Shown here piece after piece: positions 11,136 through 21,651 of a stretch of DNA of 64,000 nucleotides. Location: positions 2,400,001-2,464,000 of the forward strand of contig OY759746.1 in NCBI GenBank assembly GCA_963662795.1, given 5' to 3'. The DNA is from Spirochaetia bacterium. GTDB lineage: Bacteria; Spirochaetota; Spirochaetia; CADAEX01. Each line of letters starts with the position of its first letter. The first letter of the stretch is position 1. The notes under the pieces were generated by a model, which was given only the letters and a program-made list of their open reading frames with translations, made no database searches and was not told where the DNA came from. Both the position numbers and the translations under genes were made by a program.

Positions 11136-11914
11136 AATCTGCTTCTCTTCTCTCCTTGATGAATGAAAAATATAAATCAAACAGTTCCGAAAAAAATTAT
11201 GCTCTGATACTGTGCGGGAATGTTCATGTTGACGGCGTCCGTATCCGTCTGCCGGGGCAAAAAATTGATATTAATGCGGAAATCAGTATTGAAGAAAAAA
11301 AGTTTGTTTCAAGAGGCGGGTTAAAACTTGAGCATGCCATCGGATTCTGGAATATTGAGATTGCAGGAAAAGGATTTCTTGATGCAGGAAGTTCGACCGG
11401 AGGATTTACAGACTGTCTGCTTCAGCACGGCGCTTTGTTTGTCCATTCTGTGGATGTCGGTTACAATCAGATTGACTATAGCCTCAGAAACAATAAGAAC
11501 GTTATTCTGCATGAAAAGACAAATATAATGCATATTGGATCTCTTGATCCGGTGCCGGATATTGGCGTTGCTGATCTGTCCTTCCGTTCGATAAACAGGG
11601 CCGCATCCAAAATACTGAGCCTTGTCAGGGAAAGGAGGCTTATTGCCCTTGTCAAACCGCAGTTTGAAACCGACAGTGTAAAACTGGAAAGGGGAATTGT
11701 TCAGAACAGGACAGTCCTTGAAGAGACTTTACATAAAGTTATTGACAACCTTTTTGAGGAAAACGCATTTGTGCTTGATATAATAAAATCACCTGTACCC
11801 GGCCGTAAAGGGAATAACGAATTTCTGTTTTATATCACCGGAGATAATCCTGAGAATACTGCTGGCTTGAAAAATGATTTAACAGTTCTGGTAAAGACCC
11901 TGGTTTACGGCTGA
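11132..11914 (+). CDS. tlyA: TlyA family rRNA methyltransferase
   Basis: FVSRGGLKL, LDAGSSTGGFTDCLLQ, LVKPQFE, GRKGNNEFL. Confidence 0.95.
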   Translation: MKSASLLSLMNEKYKSNSSEKNYALILCGNVHVDGVRIRLPGQKIDINAEISIEEKKFVSRGGLKLEHAIGFWNIEIAGKGFLDAGSSTGGFTDCLLQHGALFVHSVDVGYNQIDYSLRNNKNVILHEKTNIMHIGSLDPVPDIGVADLSFRSINRAASKILSLVRERRLIALVKPQFETDSVKLERGIVQNRTVLEETLHKVIDNLFEENAFVLDIIKSPVPGRKGNNEFLFYITGDNPENTAGLKNDLTVLVKTLVYG

Positions 11915-11923
11915 CCGGAAGCT

Positions 11924-12721
11924 CTATCTGCTTATTGTTTCCCTTGTTAACGGTTTGCCGATAAAAAGACCTTCCCCAAGATAGCTTTTAACCTGTCCTT
12001 CAATAAGTATCTGTACCCTTTTAACAGTAGGGAATTCTGTAGCAGTATATATTATCTGTTTTAACTGTCCCATGTATCCTTCAAGGCCAAAGGAATTGAA
12101 CAGAAAATTTTCACTGAAATCCATATATGCTGTTCCGTCCGATATCCATAATTTTTTTAAGGCAGTCTTTTCCGGAATAAGAGAAATAAAGTTGTTGTTT
12201 AATTCCGAAGAGGATACTCCTGTCAGCAGTGATTTTATTGTCGATGTCAGTGGTGAGTCTGTAAATCTTATGCTTCTTGCTGTTTTTTTCAGCATTGTGG
12301 ATCCGTCATCATTTATAACAATAAAATAGAGAATACTATCGCGTACTTTATACGATACATTTGCAGTTTCTTCTGAGGGTTTAACTGCAGCTATGACTGT
12401 CTTTTCCGGGAGTGTTTCTTCTTCTTTTTCCGGATTTCCGGTCTCAACCTTGACTATTTCGATTTCTGCTTCCTTTACAGGCGGAGATTCTTTTTCCGGT
12501 TGACTGCTCTCCCCGGATATCCTTTTTACTTCCGGCCCCGGTTGTTCGTTTTTGGATGTTGAGGGTGAAAAAAGATTGAAAAAACCTGTCGATGCAATAA
12601 CCTTTTCCATTTTCTTCTGGTTTACAAGAAAAAGGGTTATAACAAGTAATATAAGCGCAATCCAGAATATGCAGCCCGGCTGCCAGGATTTTTTATTGAT
12701 TTTTTTCTTATTTTGCTTCAT
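11924..12721 (-). CDS. GerMN domain membrane-anchored protein
   Basis: One TM after basic N-terminus; C-terminal SLIP...AYMDFS...QIIYTATEFPTVKRVQILIEG; ATG at 12721 preferred over TTG 12778. Confidence 0.85.
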   Translation of the reverse strand: MKQNKKKINKKSWQPGCIFWIALILLVITLFLVNQKKMEKVIASTGFFNLFSPSTSKNEQPGPEVKRISGESSQPEKESPPVKEAEIEIVKVETGNPEKEEETLPEKTVIAAVKPSEETANVSYKVRDSILYFIVINDDGSTMLKKTARSIRFTDSPLTSTIKSLLTGVSSSELNNNFISLIPEKTALKKLWISDGTAYMDFSENFLFNSFGLEGYMGQLKQIIYTATEFPTVKRVQILIEGQVKSYLGEGLFIGKPLTRETISR

Positions 12722-12802
12722 GACAGCATTAATATCGGCATTTTGACAGTATTCATGAGATTTGCAGCCTGAAAGCAATTTGAAAATTGAGCTCAGGCGT
12801 AT

Positions 12803-12831
12803 TTGACAAGCATTGATAAAGACTTTATATT
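12803..12831 (+). promoter_or_regulatory. Sigma70 promoter, probably producing a leaderless ptsI transcript
   Basis: TTGACA-N17-TATATT; ATG follows 7 nt after the -10 box; no SD. Confidence 0.7.
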
Positions 12832-12838
12832 TATTCCG

Positions 12839-14578
12839 ATGGAAATAATCAAAGGCATATCAGCATCTCCAGGTATTTATATAGGAAAGATTTTTCTTTA
12901 TTACGAGGAAAATCTGAATATTCCTAAATATGAAATAGCTGCGAAAGATGTACAGAATGAACACAGCAGATTTCTTAAAGCTATCGAGAAAGCAAGGAAC
13001 GAACTCGAAGCAATAAAGGAAAAAGCTTATCTTCAGATGGGTGATAAAGAACTGCTGATGCTTGACTCCCATATCCTGATGCTAAGCGATCCTGATTTTA
13101 TAAATCAGGTAAGCAGTGCGCTTGAGAAACAGCTGAGAAATGTAGAATGGGTGCTGTTTGAAGCGATAGAGGCCCTGATTGAAAAACTCAAATCCTCCCA
13201 GAATTCGTATCTCAAAGACAGGGAGAGCGATCTAAAGGATGTATCAAAAAGAGTTCTTAACAACCTTATGTTTACGGAGAGGATTCCCCTTTCTGAACTT
13301 GATTCACCTTATATAATCGCTGCTCACGACCTGTTGCCGTCAGATGCTATCACAATGGATAAAAAAAACATAAAAGGGATTATTCTTGATGCCGGAGGAA
13401 GGACCTCCCATACCGCAATTATTGCGCGGTCTTTTGAAATACCTGCGGTTGTCGGGCTTTCTACAATTACCCGTAAGGTCAGAACCGGCGTTGATGTAAT
13501 TGTTGACGGCGATTCAGGGATTGTTGTTGTTGATCCCGATGATGCTGCCATATTGCTTTATGCTGATAAACTGGAGAGAAAAGTAGAAACGACAAGACAG
13601 CTGAGGCCTTATGTAAAGAAAGAAGCAGTAACTGATGACGGACAGAAAATCATAATCAAGGCAAATATTGAGCTGCCGGAAGAAATTGAATCAGTTAAGG
13701 ATCATGGAGCAGACGGTATTGGCCTTTTCAGGTCTGAATTCCTTCTTCTTCAATCTGAACTTCATACCAGTGAAGACAAACAGTGTGAAATTTATAAATC
13801 ACTTCTTGATAAAATGGAAGGCAGACCTGTTACAATCAGGACTCTCGATATAGGCGGAGATAAAATTCTGCCAGGATATGATGAACATCATGAGAAGAAC
13901 CCCCTTTTAGGCTGGAGAGGTATAAGGTTCTGTCTTAGTAATAACAATGCATTTAAGATTCAGCTGAGAGCCCTGTTCCGGGCTTCTGTCCATGGAGACC
14001 TGAGGATAATGTTTCCGATGATATCCTGCATGGAGGAAATGGACGAAGTTCTTGTAATAATTGAAAAGGTTAAGCAGGAACTTAGAAATGAAAAGATTGA
14101 CTTTAAAGAGAAAGTTCCGATAGGAGTAATGATTGAGGTTCCTGCTGCGGTTCTTGCCGCTGAATTCCTGGCTAAAAAGGTTGATTTTTTCTCTATAGGT
14201 ACAAATGATTTGATTCAGTACACAATTGCGATTGACAGGGGCAATGAAAAAATAGCATACCTGTATCAGCCCTACCATCCGGCCGTGATCAGATTAATAA
14301 AAATGACAGTTGATGCAGGGAAAAAAGCCGGGATTCCTGTAAGCCTTTGCGGAGAGGTTGGCGGAGATCCTGTCGCAACAATTGTCCTCCTGGGGTTGGG
14401 CCTTGAAGAGTTGAGCATGAGTCCGGCATCAATACCAATAGTAAAAAAGGTAATAAGAAACGTGGAAATAAAAGAAGCAAAAAAAATGATAGAAACGATT
14501 CTGGAAATGGGATCGGGAACCGATATAAACAACTTTTTAGAAAACTGGTTCAATGGAAGATTCAGTGGACTCAAATAA
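12839..14578 (+). CDS. ptsI: PTS enzyme I (PEP-protein phosphotransferase)
   Basis: GGRTSHTAI phospho-His motif, GIGLFRSE, DFFSIGTNDL, LCGE. Confidence 0.96.
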   Translation: MEIIKGISASPGIYIGKIFLYYEENLNIPKYEIAAKDVQNEHSRFLKAIEKARNELEAIKEKAYLQMGDKELLMLDSHILMLSDPDFINQVSSALEKQLRNVEWVLFEAIEALIEKLKSSQNSYLKDRESDLKDVSKRVLNNLMFTERIPLSELDSPYIIAAHDLLPSDAITMDKKNIKGIILDAGGRTSHTAIIARSFEIPAVVGLSTITRKVRTGVDVIVDGDSGIVVVDPDDAAILLYADKLERKVETTRQLRPYVKKEAVTDDGQKIIIKANIELPEEIESVKDHGADGIGLFRSEFLLLQSELHTSEDKQCEIYKSLLDKMEGRPVTIRTLDIGGDKILPGYDEHHEKNPLLGWRGIRFCLSNNNAFKIQLRALFRASVHGDLRIMFPMISCMEEMDEVLVIIEKVKQELRNEKIDFKEKVPIGVMIEVPAAVLAAEFLAKKVDFFSIGTNDLIQYTIAIDRGNEKIAYLYQPYHPAVIRLIKMTVDAGKKAGIPVSLCGEVGGDPVATIVLLGLGLEELSMSPASIPIVKKVIRNVEIKEAKKMIETILEMGSGTDINNFLENWFNGRFSGLK

Positions 14579-15926
14579 AAACCGTATCCCGGGTGTTGTA
14601 ATAGCCGGAAGGCCGAATGTCGGTAAATCGACCCTTTTCAACAGATTAATAGGCAAAAGAAAATCCATTACAGATCCAACCCCCGGTGTTACAAGAGATG
14701 CTGTAAGTGAATTTTTTGAAATCGGGGGTAAAAAAGTAAGGCTGTCAGATACCGGCGGTGTAAATACATCCAAATCCGGAATTGACCAGATAGTTTCAGA
14801 CAGAAGTATTGCGCAGATGGAAGGAGCCGATCTTGTCCTGTTTGTTCTTGATGCAAGGGAAATTACCCCGGAAGATCAGATTTTTATTGAAAAAATCAGA
14901 AAATTCATGGATAAGACAATACTTGTTGTCAATAAGGTAGATACGCCTGAAAAGGAAAATGAGGTCTGGAACTATTATTCATTCGGTTTTGAAAAAGTGA
15001 TTCCTGTTTCTTCGGCGCACGGCTACAATATTGATATACTTGAGGAACAGATAGAGGAATTCCTGGAAGAAAGGGCAGATTTTTCAGCTGCTGAACCATC
15101 TGAAAATGAGAATGTGATAAACCTTGCAATACTGGGAAAACCGAATACAGGCAAATCTACCCTTTCCAACAGACTTACGGGTACAGATAAATCTATTGTT
15201 TCAGATATTCCCGGAACTACAAGAGACATAGTTGAAGGGGAGTTTCTTTTTAGTAATGCCATATTCAGGGTAATGGATACAGCCGGAATAAGACGCAAGA
15301 GCAGGGTAACAGAAAATGTTGAATACTATTCTGTTACCAGGGCAATTAAATCAATAGATGATGCAGATCTTGTTTTTATGGTAATTGACGCGGAAGAAGG
15401 CCTTTCGGATCAGGATAAAAAAATTGCAGGGCATGTTGTTAAAAAAGGGAAGGGGATAATCATAGTTATTAACAAGTGGGACAAATTGAAAGATATTCCC
15501 AACCGGATGGCGGCGATTGAGGACCGCGTACGGTTTATGTTTCCTGTTCTTGACTTTGCCCCGGTTATACCGATTTCAGCACTTACCGGCGAAGGAGTTG
15601 ATAACCTGCTGAAAACAGCCTTCAAGGTCAACAGGCAGCTCGAAACCAGGGTGTCGACTGCAAATCTGAATAAGGCATTGAAGGATTGGGTTGAGGACAG
15701 CCCTCCGCCGTCAACAGGAAGCAGGGTCAGATACAAGATAAGATATATGACCCAGACCTGTATAAAGCCTTCAAGATTTCTTATTTTTGTAAACAAGAGC
15801 AAGGGGTTTCCCCCTTCATACCTCAAGTATATCAAGAACAGGATAAGAAAAAGTTTCGGATTCAGCGCGATTCCCTTTGAAATTGATATAAGAGAAACAG
15901 AAAAAACATGGAAGGAAGCAAAATAA
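14553..15926 (+). CDS. der: Ribosome biogenesis GTPase Der (EngA)
   Basis: Two G domains: GRPNVGKS/GVTRD and GKPNTGKS/GTTRD, DTAG, NKWD. Confidence 0.97.
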   Translation: MEDSVDSNKNRIPGVVIAGRPNVGKSTLFNRLIGKRKSITDPTPGVTRDAVSEFFEIGGKKVRLSDTGGVNTSKSGIDQIVSDRSIAQMEGADLVLFVLDAREITPEDQIFIEKIRKFMDKTILVVNKVDTPEKENEVWNYYSFGFEKVIPVSSAHGYNIDILEEQIEEFLEERADFSAAEPSENENVINLAILGKPNTGKSTLSNRLTGTDKSIVSDIPGTTRDIVEGEFLFSNAIFRVMDTAGIRRKSRVTENVEYYSVTRAIKSIDDADLVFMVIDAEEGLSDQDKKIAGHVVKKGKGIIIVINKWDKLKDIPNRMAAIEDRVRFMFPVLDFAPVIPISALTGEGVDNLLKTAFKVNRQLETRVSTANLNKALKDWVEDSPPPSTGSRVRYKIRYMTQTCIKPSRFLIFVNKSKGFPPSYLKYIKNRIRKSFGFSAIPFEIDIRETEKTWKEAK

Positions 15927-17221
15927 CTTTAAAATATTTTATATTACTTATTCAGCTGATTCTTTGCACAGGATTTATCAGTGCAAGGGATGCTGAAACT
16001 TTTTTGCCTGAGAATTATGAAACCAGAAGAGAATTCATAAACATTATAACAGGGTCCAATTCTGAAATTGAGCTGCAGCGTGATATTATTGCTGATTCAT
16101 ATATTACGGGCAGAAAGGTCAAATTTCAGATATTACAAAGAGACAATTCCTGGTATTTCCTTTTTTTAAATGAAAAAAACGACAGGTCAGGTTCCTTTTT
16201 CCCTGTTGTTTCAGCCGGTACATATATAATCAAGAGAAATATTCAAAGCGGTAATCTGGAGCAGATCAAGGTATTTCTGAATAATGATTCCGATACCTAT
16301 GTGAGAATTGCAGAGAATGATAATGAGTCTCTGCTTGAGTTCGTCCTTTTCGGCTCAAAGATCTATAAAGATGTACTGCTTCCCGTAACACTCGAGGAAT
16401 TCATAACCCAGCCTTTCGAGTCGATTATAGTTATGTCTGATTATATAATTGACTGGAATATGCTTAAGGCGGTCTATAACGAAACAGAAAATGCAATAAT
16501 AAAAAATATTGCTGCCCGCATTGACGCGAAACTGCCTCTTCTTAAAGATTCTGAAGACGGGGCTCAGGGGCCTGACGGACGATTTATTTTTATTGAAAGT
16601 CTTAAAAACAATCCGGCCCAGGGTTTCAACTGTTCGGGTTTTACAAAGTGGATATCTGACGGCGTATATTTTGCAAAAACCAGCCGCTTAATGGATATCA
16701 ATAAACTGAAAAAAAAGAATTTTACAGACAGGCGCGATACTTTAAGCCTTCTGTATGAAGATCTTCGTGATCCCCTGTTTGGCCTTGACTGGACCAGAAA
16801 TATTGCGATGTCAATTTATGAACTGGATCATCCTGATTCAGAAGTCCGGGTTACCGATGTTGATGTTACTTCCTATCCTTATGAAATGTATATTCCAGAC
16901 ATAGGTTATCCGGTATCCGGCTTAAAAGCGCTGCTCTATTATCTTGCCGTTACTGATCCCGGTTATATATATCTTGGGTCAATAAACGGGGACTTCGGCA
17001 AAAATCCGGTTTTAAGGCAGCATTATCATATAGCAGCACTTTTGCCTTATATAAGTCCCGAAGGCGATTTTTATCCTGCCCTTTATGAGCGAAACAGAAA
17101 AACTGATATTGATGATTTTATTAAAAAATATTCAGGCGATTCTATTCATCTCGTAAGGATAAAGGCGGATAAAGATTATTCACTTCCGCCAGTTCCTGAA
17201 TCCGGCATTTTTGATGAGTAG
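15908..17221 (+). CDS. Exported spirochaete-type hypothetical protein
   Basis: 437 aa, signal-peptide-like N-terminus, GFNCSGFTKW motif resembling an NlpC/P60-like Cys motif (inference). Confidence 0.75.
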   Translation: MEGSKITLKYFILLIQLILCTGFISARDAETFLPENYETRREFINIITGSNSEIELQRDIIADSYITGRKVKFQILQRDNSWYFLFLNEKNDRSGSFFPVVSAGTYIIKRNIQSGNLEQIKVFLNNDSDTYVRIAENDNESLLEFVLFGSKIYKDVLLPVTLEEFITQPFESIIVMSDYIIDWNMLKAVYNETENAIIKNIAARIDAKLPLLKDSEDGAQGPDGRFIFIESLKNNPAQGFNCSGFTKWISDGVYFAKTSRLMDINKLKKKNFTDRRDTLSLLYEDLRDPLFGLDWTRNIAMSIYELDHPDSEVRVTDVDVTSYPYEMYIPDIGYPVSGLKALLYYLAVTDPGYIYLGSINGDFGKNPVLRQHYHIAALLPYISPEGDFYPALYERNRKTDIDDFIKKYSGDSIHLVRIKADKDYSLPPVPESGIFDE

Positions 17222-17230
17222 TAAATAAAT

Positions 17231-17259
17231 TTGATACTAATATTGAAAATAGATATAAT
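17231..17259 (+). promoter_or_regulatory. Sigma70 promoter upstream of HAD gene
   Basis: TTGATA-N17-TATAAT. Confidence 0.65.
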
Positions 17260-17276
17260 TTACGTTAAAAATACAC

Positions 17277-17951
17277 ATGCAGAGTAAATATAATATTGAA
17301 GCAGTTGTTTTTGATGTAGATGGAACTCTATACCCCAATTATAAAATGTATATCATCTCAGTCCTTTTTTTCATGCTCCATCCTTTGCTTGCCCCCTCTT
17401 TCAGACGGATGAGAAAAAAGATCAGAAAAATTGAGCAACCCGGTAATTTCAGGGAGCTGCAGGCAAATCTTCTGGCACAGGAAATGCATATCCCGCCTGA
17501 AAAGGCTGATTATTTATTGGAAAAATATATATACGGCCAGTTTATTTCAATGTTCAGATGGATAAAACCATACAGGATTCTGGAAGAGGTACTCTCGGAA
17601 TTTAAAATAAAAAAAATAAAGCTTGGCATAATCTCTGATTTCCCTGTAAAGGAAAAGCTTTCATTTTTAGGTCTGGATAATTACTGGGATGAAGTCTGTT
17701 CAGCCGATGAACTTGGAATATTAAAGCCCGGGAAAAAAGTCTTTAATATCATGGCTGACCGTCTCGGGATAACTCCGGAGAAAATTATTTATGTCGGTAA
17801 TCATTATCTTTATGATATAATGGGAGCCAATAATGCCGGAATGCTGTCAGCACATTTCAGCCGGTTCAGGAAAAAAAACAGCGCGGCAGATTTTACGTTT
17901 TTTAACTACAGAAAACTCAAGAATATTGTTCTTGATTCTGTAAACATCTGA
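17277..17951 (+). CDS. HAD-superfamily hydrolase
   Basis: FDVDGTLY motif I, LKP motif III, YVGN...DIMGA motif IV. Confidence 0.9.
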   Translation: MQSKYNIEAVVFDVDGTLYPNYKMYIISVLFFMLHPLLAPSFRRMRKKIRKIEQPGNFRELQANLLAQEMHIPPEKADYLLEKYIYGQFISMFRWIKPYRILEEVLSEFKIKKIKLGIISDFPVKEKLSFLGLDNYWDEVCSADELGILKPGKKVFNIMADRLGITPEKIIYVGNHYLYDIMGANNAGMLSAHFSRFRKKNSAADFTFFNYRKLKNIVLDSVNI

Positions 17952-17966
17952 TACTGGAGATGTAAT

Positions 17967-20900
17967 ATGCTTTTTTCGTTAGGAAACCTTCTCACAATTG
18001 CCATTGTAGTGGTAATACTTCTCGTATACCGCCAGATAGATGTAAACAACAGAAGTCTCGACAAAATGAGAAAGTATTTCGGGAAAATCAAGGAAGAACT
18101 TGATGCTATTGTAGAGGAAAGGGCCATGGGGCTTAAAGATCTTTCAATAGAACTTGAGGTACATGAGAAAACAGTTAAGGAAGTGTATAACAGAATAGAT
18201 CAGAGAAGCACGGAACTTGCGGAACGGGAAGAGGAAGTTGAAAAAATCCACCAGCAGCTGGATAATTATGATGCCGTACTAAAGGAACTGGCGGAAATGA
18301 CTTCCCGTGTTGATGAAAACCTGAAAAAACTTCATGAAGAATCAATTTTTGTAGATGGAATTGGAAAGGTTCTTAAAGAGGCGACTGTATCAATTGAGAA
18401 ACTCGAGAGAAGGATTCCTGCCATATCCGAGAATTTCAGCAGGAAAAACAGCGAAGCCATGGAGCTGCTTAAAATTGGTGTTTTTAACGATATAGAACTC
18501 AAGGCAAATACAATAAAAGATAAAATTGAGGATAACAGGAAAAATCTGGAAGATTTTAAAGACTATATTTCTGAGCTTGAAAAGCGGAGGGATTCTCTCG
18601 GGGATGAGGTAATTAACACCATCAGACGCGAGCTTAATGATCTGGCTGAGGAATTTCAGGGCAGTATGTCAAAATCCGAAGATGAATTCCGTTCAAGGCT
18701 TTTTGAAACTGATGAACAGGGTAAAGCCCTGAGCGAAGAGGTTTTTGCCAGAATAAAATCAGAAATAACAGATAAATCAAATGATATCAATTCAGATATA
18801 GAGGGGAATCTTGCTCTTCTTGAAAACAGGATTAAAGAACAGTTTGACACGATCAGCGCGGGAATGGCCCATTTTGAAAAAACAATACAGAAAAAATATG
18901 TTGAAACCCAGGAAAATTCTTTAAAGAATTATGAAGCATCTCTTGAGAAAATCAGAATCTTTGAGGAATCAATGGCCGGTAAAAACGGTCAGATCAGCGA
19001 AATGAGAAAAGAGATCGGCCTTATTTCAGATGATTTCAACAAAAGGCTTGAATCCTGGAATAAATTTATTTCTGAGCTGGATGATAAAAGAAACTTTATT
19101 GTTGCAGATTTTTCAAAGAAACTTGAAGCTGATGTTGCCTCCTTTATCCTCAAATTCAAAAATAAGGCTGATGAAATTGAAGAGAAATACATTGCAAAAC
19201 TTAATATGAGTGAACAGGAAGGGGAAAATTATCAGGACAAGGTATTTGATGATATTAAAAAACAGATCCTACGCAATGCTGAGACAGTAAAAATTGATCT
19301 TCTCAAGCAGATAGAAGAGGTTGATTCCCGTGTAATAGCAAATCTTTCACGGCTCGAGGGGGGGATTACAGAATATGAATCAAGCCTTAATTACCGTATT
19401 GAGGGGATCGAGGGATTCAGCAAAGATATCGAGCTGATGGAGAAAAATCTCAAAGCCATGATTGACAAGGTGAGCGAAAGGATGCGCGACGATTTCCATA
19501 CTTTCGAAGTTTCACTGGATGCTGAAAAAAGTGAACAGAAGGTAAAACTTGACAAGGATTTTTCAGAAATAAGAGAAGTTCTTGAAACACTTGAAAACAG
19601 AATTGATGAACTCAAGAAAAAATCCTATGAGAATGTTACAGAAAAGCTCCAGGTATTTGAAGATGATTTCTTCAAGGACCTTAAAGTCAGAAATGAATCC
19701 ATAAACAGGGAACTTGAAACATGGCAGCAGGGGATAACAGCGAAAATAGAAAAAATAAGCGCGGAAAAACTTGGAATGAGGGAAGAAATAGAGAATAAAT
19801 GCGTTGAGAACCTTAAAGAGAAGCTGAATGAAATACAGATCAAAGCGAATTCCCAATACCAGAAATATGAAAATCAGATAAGTATTTTTAAAAATGAAAT
19901 AGATGAAAAACTTGCTCTTGTAGATAATAATGTCAAGGAATTTGAAGTATCAATTAAATCCGAGACAGAAGATATTAAAGTATCAAGCTACAATCATTTC
20001 AACAAGCAGTTTGCGGATTATCACACAGGGCTTGATGAAAAGCTCCGTCAGTATGAAAAAGAGATGGGACAGCGGCTTTCACAGTTTGATGAGGCAATTG
20101 AGGAGAATAAAAAGGATATATTCGCAAATCTTGACAGTACAAAATCTGATATGCAGGCATGGTACGCGGGATTTGATCAGGATATGAAAGCAAGCAGGGA
20201 TGTTCTTTCTGAACAGAACCTTAAACTCAGGGAAGATGTCGCCCGCCTGCTTGAAGAGCTTAAAAAGGAATATACCCGGGAAAAAACTGAACTTATTGAT
20301 GATTCAAAAAAGACAAGAGAAAGCTACAGTCAGCAGCTTGCGGAAATAGCGGCCAATATAGGTTTTCTAAATGATGAGCTAAAGGAAAAATCCCAGACAG
20401 CACTGGAAAAGATGAAAAATGATTCAGAAATATTCCTGATTGATTTTATGAAGAAAACAAGAGAGCTTGAACAGGAAGTGGATAACAAGATCAAGGAGTT
20501 CAAGACTGGAGTTCAGGAAGTAAGGGAAAGAATAGACAGTACGGAAAAAAAGATGATGGGGAGGATGTCGGAAAGTGCAAGGGTATTAAGCATCACCCTC
20601 GATGATATAGACAGGAAACAGAAAAATTTCATAGGACAGACAAAGATTTTTGACAGGGCAGACTCGCTCAAGACAATTTTACAGGAAAAAATAGATGACC
20701 TTAAAGGCGATATCATAAAGGTTGATGCCCAGAGCAAGGATATTAAAGCAGCAGAGAAAAAATTTGACAGCATAAGAAAACTTGGTGACGAAGTTTCATC
20801 AAAACTCAACCGGTTTCTGGCCGAAAAACGTAAAATAGACGAGATTGAAGGCGATTTCAAGAAACTGCTTAATATGTCGCAGGCTGTGGATATAAAACTC

Positions 20901-21521
20901 GATCATATAACCGGTGTATATGATAATCTCCAGGAAATTGATGTCAAACTCAGAAATTTCGATACCCTTTTCAAGGATATAACTGAAAAATTCCAGAGAC
21001 TTGAAAAAAAGGAAAGTATAATTGAAACAACAACGGAAGGGGTCGACAGGAATTTCCAGATTCTCCAGCAGATGGAAAAGAACCTTGCCGGGCTTTCGGA
21101 AATAACTGATATGCTCCCGATGAGGCTTAATGAACTTGAAAACAGGTTTAAAAAGATAAATCTGGAAAAGAAAGATGCAGATAAAACCATGGAAAGCCTT
21201 GGCAAACTCACCAAGGTACTCGGCGATGTTGAAGAACGGATAGATAAAATGCAGCAGGCCAGGGAATGGATTGCGCGTACAGAAACCAGGCTCACCGAAA
21301 CAGGTAAAAAAGCGGAAGAAAATATAGCGCTCCTCGGGACTCTGATTGACAAGGATAACAAGAATAAAAAATCACAGAAGGGGGGCGCCCCTTCCATTGA
21401 CAAGAGGGAAATGGTTGTAAAGCTTGCGCACCAGGGGTGGACATCTGAAAATATTGCCCAGGCTACAGGATTGAGCAGGGGCGAAGTTGAGCTTATCCTG
21501 GAAATTATGCCTAAAAAGTGA
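17967..21521 (+). CDS. SpiroCoCo family coiled-coil protein
   Basis: N-terminal TM + YRQIDVNNRSLDKMRKY, about 1100 aa coiled coil, C-terminal HTH-like LAHQGWTSENIAQATGLSRGEVELILE. Confidence 0.85.
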   Translation: MLFSLGNLLTIAIVVVILLVYRQIDVNNRSLDKMRKYFGKIKEELDAIVEERAMGLKDLSIELEVHEKTVKEVYNRIDQRSTELAEREEEVEKIHQQLDNYDAVLKELAEMTSRVDENLKKLHEESIFVDGIGKVLKEATVSIEKLERRIPAISENFSRKNSEAMELLKIGVFNDIELKANTIKDKIEDNRKNLEDFKDYISELEKRRDSLGDEVINTIRRELNDLAEEFQGSMSKSEDEFRSRLFETDEQGKALSEEVFARIKSEITDKSNDINSDIEGNLALLENRIKEQFDTISAGMAHFEKTIQKKYVETQENSLKNYEASLEKIRIFEESMAGKNGQISEMRKEIGLISDDFNKRLESWNKFISELDDKRNFIVADFSKKLEADVASFILKFKNKADEIEEKYIAKLNMSEQEGENYQDKVFDDIKKQILRNAETVKIDLLKQIEEVDSRVIANLSRLEGGITEYESSLNYRIEGIEGFSKDIELMEKNLKAMIDKVSERMRDDFHTFEVSLDAEKSEQKVKLDKDFSEIREVLETLENRIDELKKKSYENVTEKLQVFEDDFFKDLKVRNESINRELETWQQGITAKIEKISAEKLGMREEIENKCVENLKEKLNEIQIKANSQYQKYENQISIFKNEIDEKLALVDNNVKEFEVSIKSETEDIKVSSYNHFNKQFADYHTGLDEKLRQYEKEMGQRLSQFDEAIEENKKDIFANLDSTKSDMQAWYAGFDQDMKASRDVLSEQNLKLREDVARLLEELKKEYTREKTELIDDSKKTRESYSQQLAEIAANIGFLNDELKEKSQTALEKMKNDSEIFLIDFMKKTRELEQEVDNKIKEFKTGVQEVRERIDSTEKKMMGRMSESARVLSITLDDIDRKQKNFIGQTKIFDRADSLKTILQEKIDDLKGDIIKVDAQSKDIKAAEKKFDSIRKLGDEVSSKLNRFLAEKRKIDEIEGDFKKLLNMSQAVDIKLDHITGVYDNLQEIDVKLRNFDTLFKDITEKFQRLEKKESIIETTTEGVDRNFQILQQMEKNLAGLSEITDMLPMRLNELENRFKKINLEKKDADKTMESLGKLTKVLGDVEERIDKMQQAREWIARTETRLTETGKKAEENIALLGTLIDKDNKNKKSQKGGAPSIDKREMVVKLAHQGWTSENIAQATGLSRGEVELILEIMPKK

Positions 21522-21569
21522 GTATTAAAGGCGCTAATAACCATTTTTTAATCATTATTTTATAAACTC

Positions 21570-21598
21570 TTGACGCTTTATTGCTCCATTAGTATTTT
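21570..21598 (+). promoter_or_regulatory. Putative sigma70 promoter of grpE-dnaK-dnaJ
   Basis: TTGACG-N17-TATTTT; no CIRCE element seen. Confidence 0.45.
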
Positions 21599-21651
21599 AT
21601 TTTTAACAATTAAAATAATTATAATTAAATCACATCATAGGGATATTAATA

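Noticed and set aside
21522-21651. CIRCE/HrcA control of grpE-dnaK-dnaJ
   Set aside because: No TTAGCACTC-N9-GAGTGCTAA and no hrcA in the window
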